DNA of 64,000 nt, from NCBI GenBank assembly GCA_016926555.1, contig JAFGOI010000004.1, positions 168,996 to 232,995 on the forward strand, in the 5' to 3' direction. This document shows, one piece after another, positions 38,616-47,580 of this stretch; positions within the stretch are counted from its first letter, which is position 1; each line of letters begins with the position of its first letter. The notes beneath the pieces were generated by a model. That model made no database searches, had not been told where the DNA came from, and saw only the letters and a program-made list of their open reading frames with translations. Position numbers and translations under genes: made by a program. This DNA comes from Patescibacteria group bacterium (GTDB taxonomy: Bacteria > Patescibacteriota > WWE3 > UBA101185 > UBA10185).

Positions 38616-38744
38616 ATACAAAATCAACCAAATCAAGTTGATTACCTTTGTGTATACGTATTCATAGGCTTGTTTCACTCCTACTATTTTCACCCTTGCG
38701 GGGCAAAAACTACGTATACTTCACTGACAACAGGAAAGTAAGTA

Positions 38745-38969
38745 TCACTCCCGTCTTCTGGACAGTGGCCCTTCTTCCGTTAGCGTCCAGGTGCCCTCGG
38801 CTTCTTGCTTAAGGTCATAGGTAACACCATTTAGCACAATGGCAAACCATAGCCTGCCCGGCACGAGCAAGATGACGATATTTACTTCCACACGTTTCCC
38901 GTTAAGTTTGAAAGATTTGGGTTCTCCCTTTTCGAGTTTTACATCTGTTACAGTTACAGTCCCTTTCAA
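38745..38969 (-). CDS. Small hypothetical protein (74 aa)
   Basis: Strong SD GGGAGGTGA 6 nt before TTG; beta-rich sequence. Confidence 0.65.
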   Translation of the reverse strand: MKGTVTVTDVKLEKGEPKSFKLNGKRVEVNIVILLVPGRLWFAIVLNGVTYDLKQEAEGTWTLTEEGPLSRRRE

Positions 38970-39109
38970 CTTTACTCACCTCCCTTTACAATGTATTGTT
39001 TGTTAAACCGATAGTGCGAATTATATCATAAAAGTACGTATGTGACGCAACATAAGTTTATAAGAAAGTAGACAGGATTAATAGTTGCTATAGCTTAATC
39101 GTGTGTGAG

Positions 39110-39382
39110 TTAATGTCTAAGGGGAGTGCTAGGGGCAATATGAATTAAGGAGAGAAACAATAACGTTAAAATCATTATGACAATAAGTATATAGAAGTTT
39201 ATAGCTTGTTTTTTTGTCATAGTGTGATGGCTTAAATCGGCATAGGTGTAGTCTTTTAATCTATCATTTATTGTTATTTGTGGATTTAGTTCGAGTATTT
39301 TCTTAATAAAAACTGATATTTGTTCCTGATTACCGCGATGTGCCCGTAAAAAAGGAGTATTACAGTGTCCGTTGTTTTTCAT
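39110..39382 (-). CDS. Hypothetical membrane protein, possibly a gene remnant
   Basis: ORF with a C-terminal TM helix; no clear start signal. Confidence 0.3.
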   Translation of the reverse strand: MKNNGHCNTPFLRAHRGNQEQISVFIKKILELNPQITINDRLKDYTYADLSHHTMTKKQAINFYILIVIMILTLLFLSLIHIAPSTPLRH

Positions 39383-39548
39383 TGATGTATGTTATCAGGT
39401 TTGAGTAAAAAATAATCATCCGGGAGTGTGTAATAGGTACTGTTTGTCTAAAGAGTTTTGCTTCGGTTCGGTATTCTCGTCCCTATCCATTGTTTCCACT
39501 AAAAAGAAAGACTGGTTAATACCTAAAGGCATTACCAAGTTTTCCTTA

Positions 39549-39625
39549 TGGCGGGACCGACGGGGCTCGAACCCGCGACCTCTTGCGTGACAGGCAAGCG
39601 CTCTAACCGACTGAGCTACGGCCCC
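39549..39625 (-). tRNA. tRNA-Asp(GTC)
   Basis: GGGGCCG/CGGTCCC acceptor stem, loop CTGTCAC, G73-CCA. Confidence 0.96.
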
Positions 39626-39766
39626 ATAAAAGCTATAAGTATGAGCAAAAAGATGTTATCAACTTTATACTTTAAGGTCAATAATACCTTAATTTTTCCT
39701 CTAAGCGTCCTCTTAATGCAATTCTTGCTAAAAATCAACTATTAAAATACTATTTACATAGAATTT

Positions 39767-40450
39767 ATGTGGTTATATAAGCCATATCTCAAAAATGCCA
39801 TATTTACAACATTAGTTGTATTTTTGCTTATAACGATAAGTTTTCTAATAATTTTTAGTGGGAGTCAAAGCAAAAAAACAGAGTTTCTTTATGCCCGAAA
39901 TCGCGTATTACAAGACGAAGTCAATAGACTAGGCAATAAATTTACAAGAGAGGAAGTCGTGTGCGAGCTGGACGATGAAAAAGCTATATGTAACATAAAT
40001 AATATGCGCCTAAACTGCGATCTTAAAGAATATACTCCCGTAGATAAAGATCAAAATTGCTGTGAGGATCAATGTTTGACGGTAAGTAGTTATGGAATGG
40101 AGGGGTATGCAAAGTTAACGGGTTACTATAAACCTGTAATGATTGACGATGGATATGGTTTAGTGGAGTGTTCTGGGTTTGTAGTAAAAGCAGGTTCGGT
40201 GCCCTTAATACGAAACAGCAAGGAAAAAGGCCATGTTGTGTATGATCCAAGGGGTGAAGTTGTCTTAAAGATAACTATACCCGCGGGTGATAATTTAAAA
40301 GAATACGATAGAAAACTTCTCAAGGAATCCAATGCGGATAATCAAGTTGAAATTGGTATTTTAAAGCTTACTTCACTTGAAAAAGAAGTTGGATCTTGTT
40401 ACAGCGATTATAATATTGTGAATGTAAGGCCGTTGACTGTAAAAGAATAA
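39767..40450 (+). CDS. Hypothetical membrane-anchored Cys-containing protein
   Basis: N-terminal TM helix, coiled stretch, eight Cys in the exported part. Confidence 0.65.
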   Translation: MWLYKPYLKNAIFTTLVVFLLITISFLIIFSGSQSKKTEFLYARNRVLQDEVNRLGNKFTREEVVCELDDEKAICNINNMRLNCDLKEYTPVDKDQNCCEDQCLTVSSYGMEGYAKLTGYYKPVMIDDGYGLVECSGFVVKAGSVPLIRNSKEKGHVVYDPRGEVVLKITIPAGDNLKEYDRKLLKESNADNQVEIGILKLTSLEKEVGSCYSDYNIVNVRPLTVKE

Positions 40451-40483
40451 TTCAAGTTGTTGTTCTTATGTTAAAATTTTAGC

Positions 40484-42244
40484 GTGCCAAGTTTCTATGA
40501 TTTTTCCAATTCAGAAGTTGTTCAGCAGTTAAAAGAGGTTTTGGCCGCGATGCAGATTAAGGATGCGGACGCTTTTAGAATTAGGGCTTATGATAACGCG
40601 GTTACCGCATTAGATAACCTGACTGTTTCCATTAAAGATGTGTGGGAGGATGATCGATTGAACCAAATTCCCGGAATTGGTTCCAGTTTGGCGCAGCATT
40701 TAAATGAACTTTTTACGAAGGGTCGGGTTTCGGAATGGGAGAAGGTAAAGGAAAATCTTCCTGAAGGAATGTTTGGTTTAATTGGGCTAAGAGGGGTTGG
40801 TGCTAAGAAAGCTTATAAATTGGCAAGTGAGTTCCAGCTTAATTCCAAGGAAACCGCTATCGAAGAACTTAAGGATTACGCGGAAAAACAAGAAATTAGA
40901 GATCTTTCTGGATTCGGCGATAAATCTGAAAAAGATATCTTAGAAGCTATTGAACAATCGAAAATGACAAAAAGTGAGAAGCCCCGAATGTTGCTAATAC
41001 GAGCTGAAATCATCGCGGAAAGAATAAAAAAGCACATGAATTTGCTTGACTGCATTGAAAAAATGGAAGTTCTAGGGTCTTTTAGGAGGAGAAATCCAAC
41101 TGTGGGAGATTTGGATTTCGCTGTTGCTACAACAAAGACAAAAGAAGTGATAGACCATTTTCTTGAATTCCCGGAAATTTCCGAGATCTTAGCCCAAGGA
41201 GAAAATAAAGTCATGGTTGTTCTTTCAAATGATACGCAGGTTGATTTAAGAGTGTCTTCTCCCGAAGCGTATGGCGCGATGCTTCAATATAACACGGGGA
41301 ATGTGCAGCATAACATAATTCTTAGAACCCACGCGTTGGAAAAGGGATTATCTTTATCGGAATACGGAATAAAAGATAAAAAGACAAACAAAATAAAAGA
41401 ATTCGCTACAGAAGAAGAATTTTATGAATATTTAGGTCTGCAGTATATTCCACCTGAATTAAGGTACGGGCATAACGAAATAGAATTGGCTCGTGAAAAC
41501 AAAATTCCAAAATTAATAGATGTCAGTGATATTAAAGGTGATCTTCACACACATACGGTTTATTCTGATGGGCTGAATTCTGTTTCCGAGATGGCGGAGA
41601 CGGCTTTGTCTTTAGGATATGAGTATTATGGGATCACGGATCATTCTCCCAGCATTCAAAGTAGGGGAAGGGATGAGGTGGAAAAATTAATTTCGAGTCA
41701 GAAAGCCGAAATAGAGAGTTTTAATAAAAGTCAGAATAAGCTTAGGGTGCTTTTTGGTTATGAATTGAATATTCTTGTGAGTAATAAGTTGAGTCTCCCC
41801 GATGACATTCTGAAGGAACTAGATATTGTGGTTGCAGGGGTGCATTCCTCGTTTGAGCAAGACAAAAATACAATGACAAAAAGGCTTATTTCTGCCATTG
41901 AAAACGAATATGTCCATATTATCGCGCATCCATTGAATCGATTAATTAACGAAAGGAAGGCGGTTGATCTAAATTGGAATAAAGTGTTTGACTCCATAAA
42001 GGAGAATAATAAGGTGTTGGAGATCAATTCTCAGCCAAATAGACTTGACCTTTCGGATGATTTAGTGCGCGAGGCGGCTCAAAAAGGTATAAAGATGATT
42101 ATTGATACAGATGCGCATCAAACCTCGCAACTGTTATATATGAGATACGGAGTTGATGTTGCCAGGAGGGGTTGGTGCGAAAGAAAACATATTCTGAATA
42201 CTCTGCCAAGATCAGACTTCTTAAAAGAACTCGGGATTAAATAA
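40484..42244 (+). CDS. polX: DNA polymerase X with PHP domain
   Basis: GSFRR..VGDLD, VDLR, TG; PHP motifs HTHT..SDG, TDHS, AHP, DTDAH. Confidence 0.95.
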   Translation: MPSFYDFSNSEVVQQLKEVLAAMQIKDADAFRIRAYDNAVTALDNLTVSIKDVWEDDRLNQIPGIGSSLAQHLNELFTKGRVSEWEKVKENLPEGMFGLIGLRGVGAKKAYKLASEFQLNSKETAIEELKDYAEKQEIRDLSGFGDKSEKDILEAIEQSKMTKSEKPRMLLIRAEIIAERIKKHMNLLDCIEKMEVLGSFRRRNPTVGDLDFAVATTKTKEVIDHFLEFPEISEILAQGENKVMVVLSNDTQVDLRVSSPEAYGAMLQYNTGNVQHNIILRTHALEKGLSLSEYGIKDKKTNKIKEFATEEEFYEYLGLQYIPPELRYGHNEIELARENKIPKLIDVSDIKGDLHTHTVYSDGLNSVSEMAETALSLGYEYYGITDHSPSIQSRGRDEVEKLISSQKAEIESFNKSQNKLRVLFGYELNILVSNKLSLPDDILKELDIVVAGVHSSFEQDKNTMTKRLISAIENEYVHIIAHPLNRLINERKAVDLNWNKVFDSIKENNKVLEINSQPNRLDLSDDLVREAAQKGIKMIIDTDAHQTSQLLYMRYGVDVARRGWCERKHILNTLPRSDFLKELGIK

Positions 42245-42335
42245 ATCTTATTTAAAACTCTCGGAATGCTGTATAATCAACTTGTTTGGTTGAAACTAAT
42301 TAAATTGGATTTCTTAGAAAATAGGAGGTGAAATT

Positions 42336-42911
42336 ATGTCTTTATTTACTGTGCTAATACTAGCTGTAGTTTTAGCAGGAATATATTTAATTACCATATA
42401 CAACGTCTTTGCGTCCCTGAAAATTAAGATAGGTGAAGCGTGGAGCCAGATTGATGTTCAACTTAAAAGAAGAACCGATCTGATACCTAATTTGGTTGAA
42501 ACAGTCAAGGGGTATGCCTCACATGAGAAGGAAGTTTTTGAGAATGTTACACAGGCAAGATCTGCTTTAATGTCGGCTCAGAACCCGAAAGAAGCCGGGG
42601 AGGCCGATAAAGCGCTAACCTCCGCTTTGGGAAGGCTTTTTGCTGTTGCTGAAAACTATCCGGTGCTTAAAGCTCAGGAAGGCTTCTTGAATTTGCAGAA
42701 AGAATTGAGTGATACTGAAGACAAAGTTGCTTATTCCAGACAGTTTTACAATAGCGTTGTAAGACAGTTTAATGAAAAGCTTGCGGTGTTTCCCAGCAAT
42801 TTAATTGGGAAGCTATTTGGCTATAAATCCGAGGAGTTTTTCGAAGCTGAGGAATCAGAAAGAAAAGCAGTTAAAGTTGATTTCTCTGATAAATCTGACA
42901 AAAAAGAATAG
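42336..42911 (+). CDS. lemA: LemA family protein
   Basis: WSQIDVQLKRRTDLIPNLV, AENYPVLKA; SD AGGAGGTG. Confidence 0.95.
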   Translation: MSLFTVLILAVVLAGIYLITIYNVFASLKIKIGEAWSQIDVQLKRRTDLIPNLVETVKGYASHEKEVFENVTQARSALMSAQNPKEAGEADKALTSALGRLFAVAENYPVLKAQEGFLNLQKELSDTEDKVAYSRQFYNSVVRQFNEKLAVFPSNLIGKLFGYKSEEFFEAEESERKAVKVDFSDKSDKKE

Positions 42912-42929
42912 TTGTCTGCAAATTAGAAC

Positions 42930-43847
42930 ATGCCGAATATTTATCAACACATAGGTAAAAATAAGCGTGATACTTTTATTATTGTTGTGTTATTTATCGC
43001 TGTTATAAGTTTTATCGGATGGTTCATGGGTGAAATTTACATAGGTGGGGAGGGGTATTTTTTTGTCGGGTGGGCTTTGGTGTTGTCCGGTTTGTCGTCT
43101 TTCATCACTTATTATAATTCGGATAAGATCGTGTTGGCTATATCCGGCGCGACAGAAGTAAAGTATGAAGACGATCCCTACCTTCATAAATTAGTCGAAA
43201 ATATGACTATCGCTTCCGGTATTCCAACGCCGCGTATATATAAGATAGAGGATACCGCCATGAATGCTTTTGCCACAGGGAGAGATCCGGAACATAGTGT
43301 TATATGTTTTACAACGGGTATTGTGGATGGTTTGGAAAAGCGCGAATTAGAAGGAGTTATAGCCCATGAAATGTCACATATTGGAAATTATGATATTAGA
43401 TTAATGTCCATAGTAAGTGTGTTAGTAGGTTCTATACAGTTGCTGGCGGATTTCTTTACAAGAGGAAGGTTTTATAAAATGGGAGGGGGAAGAAGGTCTG
43501 GTTCTTCCAGAAGTGGCGGTCGAGTGGGGATGATTATTATGGTTCTTGGAATACTAATGCTTATTATCAGCCCTATAATTGCTACGTTGATCAAGATGGC
43601 TATTAGCAGAAAAAGGGAATACTTGGCTGATTCAACAGCGGCTTTAATTACACGTTATCCTCAGGGTTTGGCAAACGCTTTAAGAAAGCTGTCTAAGGAT
43701 AGGGAAATACTTGAGGCTGCAAATGGAGCTACTGCACATCTTTATATAGTTGCTCCTATCAAGGATAGTTTTGGTTTTACTATTATGACTGCTTTCAGCA
43801 CGCATCCTCCTATAGAAGATAGAATTGCGCGTCTTGAGAGTATGTAA
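42930..43847 (+). CDS. htpX: M48 zinc protease HtpX-like
   Basis: NAFATG, HEMSH, SRKREYLAD, STHPPIEDRI. Confidence 0.93.
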   Translation: MPNIYQHIGKNKRDTFIIVVLFIAVISFIGWFMGEIYIGGEGYFFVGWALVLSGLSSFITYYNSDKIVLAISGATEVKYEDDPYLHKLVENMTIASGIPTPRIYKIEDTAMNAFATGRDPEHSVICFTTGIVDGLEKRELEGVIAHEMSHIGNYDIRLMSIVSVLVGSIQLLADFFTRGRFYKMGGGRRSGSSRSGGRVGMIIMVLGILMLIISPIIATLIKMAISRKREYLADSTAALITRYPQGLANALRKLSKDREILEAANGATAHLYIVAPIKDSFGFTIMTAFSTHPPIEDRIARLESM

Positions 43848-43890
43848 GTATGAGATTGAGTATATATTGATGCTAAGGTATTATGTGTCC

Positions 43891-44190
43891 ATGAAAGCAA
43901 TTTCGAAAGAACAAGTAAAACGCATCGCAGAGCTGGCGAAATTAAATGTTTCCGGTGAAGAGGAAGAATTTTCCGAGATCCTTAGTGACACAATAGATTA
44001 TATTAACGTTTTAGGGGAGCTTGATGTTTTTGATACGAAGCCCACCTGTCAGGTTACCGGTCTTAAGAATGTTTATCAGGAAGGGGATAAGCAGAAGGCC
44101 ACTTTGTCACAAAAAGATGCCCTATCAAACGCCAGTGAGGTAATAGACGGATTATTCGCAACCGATGCGGTTTTTGAAAGAGATATATGA
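43891..44190 (+). CDS. gatC: Asp/Glu-tRNA amidotransferase subunit C
   Basis: ISKEQVKRIAELAKL; upstream of gatA with ATGA overlap. Confidence 0.88.
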   Translation: MKAISKEQVKRIAELAKLNVSGEEEEFSEILSDTIDYINVLGELDVFDTKPTCQVTGLKNVYQEGDKQKATLSQKDALSNASEVIDGLFATDAVFERDI

Positions 44191-45617
44191 GTGGATTAAA
44201 CAAATTCAGCCTTGCAGAATCTAGGGAGCTTTTAAAAAAGGGGGAGATATCCAGCGAAGATTTGGTTAGGGCGTGTTTAGAACAGATAGAAGTTTATGAT
44301 CCGAAAATAAAGGCCTTTGTTACAGTGTTAGAGGATAAAGCTTTAAGACAGGCAAAAAGGGCTGATAATCTAATAAAAAAACGAGGCAAGGAGGTGTTTG
44401 ATGAAAAACCTCTTCTTGGGATACCATATGCGGCTAAAGATAACTTTTCAACTAGAGGAGTACTTACCACATCTTCGTCCAATATGCTTGATAATTATAT
44501 TCCCCCATTTGACGCAACCGTAATAAAAAGGTTAAACGAAGCCGGTGCTATTCTTATTGGAAAAACAAACATGGATGCCTTTGCTCATGGCGCTTCAACT
44601 GAAGCGTCTGATTTCTTTACTACTAAAAACCCCTGGGATACTGATAAGGTTGCGGGTGGTTCATCGGGAGGCTCCGCTGCCGCAGTAGGATCTGATATGT
44701 GTGTTTTTGCAGTTGGGAGTGAAACCGGAGGAAGTATTAGGGGGCCCGCATCTTGGTGTGGGGTTGTCGGGTTTAAACCAAGTTATGGAAGAGTATCTAG
44801 ATATGGTGTAACTGCCATGGCCTCATCGACGGATTCTCCTGGTCCGATCACTAAAACTGTTAAAGATGCCGCCATAGTATTGGGTATTATTGCAGGTAAA
44901 GATCCTTTTGACGCTACAACATCCCCTGTGCAAGTGCCAAATTATTTGTCCGGCAGTGAAGAAATTGATGTGAAAGGTTTAAAAATCGGGAAACCACGAT
45001 CGTATTTTGAGGTGGGTCTTGATGAGCCAATTAGGAAATGTGTTGAGAGTGGTTTGAAAGAGCTTGGAAAGCAAGGCGCGGAAATTGTGGACGTAGACCT
45101 TTTAGATCCGAAATACTCAATTTCTGTGTACACAATTCTTCAGAGATCGGAAGTGTCATCAAATCTCGGCAGACTTGACGGGATAAGGTACGGTAACACA
45201 CGGGACCATTTTGGTAAGGAAGCAAAGAAAAGGATAATGCTAGGTACGTATACGTTGAGTTCCGGTTATTATGATGAATACTATGGAAAGGCTCAGAAAG
45301 TACGTACTTTGATAATAGATGATTTCAATAAAGTGCTGGAAAGAGTGAATTTTATATGTGGTCCTACGATGCCATGCACAGCCATGGATATTGGTGCGAT
45401 AGATACTTCTCCTTTGTTTGGGGAATTGATAGACTTACTAAATGAACCTAGTAGTATCGCTGGGTTACCCGGTGTGACTATTCCGTGTGGTTATGTTAAG
45501 GATCTTCCGGTGGGAATTCAGTTTATAGGAAGAATGATGGGTGAAAAGACAATTTTAAATGTTTCTCATAGATTTCAACAAGTAACAAATTATCACAAAG
45601 AAAGGCCAAATCTATGA
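44187..45617 (+). CDS. gatA: Asp/Glu-tRNA amidotransferase subunit A
   Basis: Amidase signature KDN, GGSSGGS, GSETGGSIRGPA; SSNLGRLDGIRYG. Confidence 0.96.
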   Translation: MSGLNKFSLAESRELLKKGEISSEDLVRACLEQIEVYDPKIKAFVTVLEDKALRQAKRADNLIKKRGKEVFDEKPLLGIPYAAKDNFSTRGVLTTSSSNMLDNYIPPFDATVIKRLNEAGAILIGKTNMDAFAHGASTEASDFFTTKNPWDTDKVAGGSSGGSAAAVGSDMCVFAVGSETGGSIRGPASWCGVVGFKPSYGRVSRYGVTAMASSTDSPGPITKTVKDAAIVLGIIAGKDPFDATTSPVQVPNYLSGSEEIDVKGLKIGKPRSYFEVGLDEPIRKCVESGLKELGKQGAEIVDVDLLDPKYSISVYTILQRSEVSSNLGRLDGIRYGNTRDHFGKEAKKRIMLGTYTLSSGYYDEYYGKAQKVRTLIIDDFNKVLERVNFICGPTMPCTAMDIGAIDTSPLFGELIDLLNEPSSIAGLPGVTIPCGYVKDLPVGIQFIGRMMGEKTILNVSHRFQQVTNYHKERPNL

Positions 45618-45817
45618 ATACTCGCGCACTTTTACCTGTAATAGTATTTATCTTGATGCTCGGTTTAGCTATAGTGGCGGGGAATTTTGTTATCGCCAAA
45701 ATAATACACATCCCGTTGGATAAAGCACCGTTCTTTTTGAAGGCAATCGTCCATGGAGTAGCGTTAGGAGGTGTATTTTATGTTGGCGCGAAGTACTTTG
45801 GGAGTAAAATGGGATGA
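45614..45817 (+). CDS. Small 2-TM membrane protein
   Basis: ATGA overlaps with both neighbours; two hydrophobic helices. Confidence 0.7.
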   Translation: MNTRALLPVIVFILMLGLAIVAGNFVIAKIIHIPLDKAPFFLKAIVHGVALGGVFYVGAKYFGSKMG

Positions 45818-46200
45818 ATTTATTTTGGTGGCTCTCTCCTAAGAAGAAAAGAGCCATAGTAAAAGGTGAGACTTTAGATTCAGTCAGGAGAGAATGGAGT
45901 GAAATTAAAATATTGCTTGCCCAAGGTAGTCCTAGCCAGTTGAAACAGGCCTTGATTGCAGCCGATAAGACTGTAGATACGGTGTTAAAAGATATTATTG
46001 AGGGGGATACAATGGGTGAAAGATTAAGGAATGCTAGGGATAAATTCGATGACAGAGATACGTACCAAGGTATATGGGATGCACATAAAATGAGGAATGC
46101 TTTAGTGCACGAATCAGGCTTTGAGCTTACCCATTTCTCCCTTAAGAAGGGTGTTGAAAAGCTGAAAGAAGGTTTGAAGGCTTTAGGAATAGCTGTATGA
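45814..46200 (+). CDS. Hypothetical helical protein with HEPN-like RxxxxH motif
   Basis: WDAHKMRNALVHE; ATGA-coupled to gatB. Confidence 0.7.
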   Translation: MNLFWWLSPKKKRAIVKGETLDSVRREWSEIKILLAQGSPSQLKQALIAADKTVDTVLKDIIEGDTMGERLRNARDKFDDRDTYQGIWDAHKMRNALVHESGFELTHFSLKKGVEKLKEGLKALGIAV

Positions 46201-47534
46201 ATGAGACCGATAAAGAAAATATATTAGGTGAATACAAGTTGGTGCTTGGTTTGGAAATACACGCACATGCGAAGACCGAGAATAAAATGTTTTGCGGCTG
46301 TAGCGCGGATATATGGAAAGCCGAGCCAAACTCCCATACTTGTCCCACGTGTCTTGGGTTGCCGGGAGCGTTGCCTGTTCCGAACCTGGAAGCAATTAAA
46401 AAGACCCAAAAACTCGGTATAGCACTTAATTGTGAGATAAACAGAGATTCCCGTTTTGATAGGAAGCATTACTTCTATCCGGATTTACCGAAGGGATTTC
46501 AGATTAGTCAGTACAAGCAGCCGTTATGCATAAATGGATGGTTAGAACTGGATTCCGGCAATAATGCGGATATAGAGAGGATACATTTAGAGGAGGATAC
46601 GGCAAAGTCTTTTCATAAGAAGGGGAAAACTCTTATTGATTTCAATAAGTCCGGAGTTCCGCTGATTGAGTTAGTTACTAGACCATGCTTTACATCTGCG
46701 GAAGATGCGGTGGATTTTTCTAAGAAGTTTCACACCATTTTAAGATATTTAGATGTAAGTGATGCCGACATGGAAAAGGGGCAGTTTAGAATTGAGCCTA
46801 ATATCTCCCTTCGTACTCCTGAAATGGAAGAAAAAAACGAGCTTCCTAATTATAAGGTGGAGGTTAAGAACATTAATTCTTTTAAATTTATGGAGAAAGC
46901 AGTGCGGGCGGAAATGAAACGTCAGCGTGAACTTTTAGATAAAGGGGAAACTCCTGTTCAAGAAAACAGGGGATATAACGAATATACAGGGAAGACCGAT
47001 CCGCAAAGATCAAAGGAAGAAGCGCATGATTATAGATATTTTCCGGAGCCGGATATTCCGCCAATGGAATTCGATACTGAATATATGGAAGATTTAGTAA
47101 AAGGTTTGCCTGAATTGCCGGGGCAGATAATTACTAGATTAACTAAAACACATGGAGTGCCGGAAAGTATAGCCAAAACGTTAGTTGAGAAATTTGGAAA
47201 AGAATATGTATCTAGGTTTGATTCTATTGTGTCTTTAGGTCTATCAGGAGATAAAGTAGCGAGTTTATTGGTTAATAGAAAGGAATATCAGGAGTTATCC
47301 TCGGAGGAGTTTAAGAAAAGATTAGAAGATGATGAAAAGACGATAGATACCGATTTAAAGCCAATTGTGGCAGAAGTGCTAAAGGAAAATCCGCAAGCTT
47401 TACGGGATTACAAAAAAGGGAAGGAAAATGCAGCTCAATTCCTACTTGGCATGGTAATGAGAAAAACAAAAGGGCAGGCTAACGCTGCGCAAGTACAGGA
47501 ATTGCTGCTGAAGGAAATTAAAGAACAAATGTAG
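46197..47534 (+). CDS. gatB: Asp/Glu-tRNA amidotransferase subunit B
   Basis: GLEIH, FDRKHYFYPDLPKGFQISQ, HLEED, DYRYFPEPD. Confidence 0.97.
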   Translation: MNETDKENILGEYKLVLGLEIHAHAKTENKMFCGCSADIWKAEPNSHTCPTCLGLPGALPVPNLEAIKKTQKLGIALNCEINRDSRFDRKHYFYPDLPKGFQISQYKQPLCINGWLELDSGNNADIERIHLEEDTAKSFHKKGKTLIDFNKSGVPLIELVTRPCFTSAEDAVDFSKKFHTILRYLDVSDADMEKGQFRIEPNISLRTPEMEEKNELPNYKVEVKNINSFKFMEKAVRAEMKRQRELLDKGETPVQENRGYNEYTGKTDPQRSKEEAHDYRYFPEPDIPPMEFDTEYMEDLVKGLPELPGQIITRLTKTHGVPESIAKTLVEKFGKEYVSRFDSIVSLGLSGDKVASLLVNRKEYQELSSEEFKKRLEDDEKTIDTDLKPIVAEVLKENPQALRDYKKGKENAAQFLLGMVMRKTKGQANAAQVQELLLKEIKEQM

Positions 47535-47580
47535 ATTTGTGTAACTAACACACCGATTAGTTTACTGATATATTACAATT

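Noticed and set aside
39460-39475. Extra LexA-like sites (TTCGGTTCGG here; CTGAA/CCGAA at 55974-55988)
   Set aside because: Their periods are 5 and 10 bp rather than 11, and neither is at a repair gene promoter.
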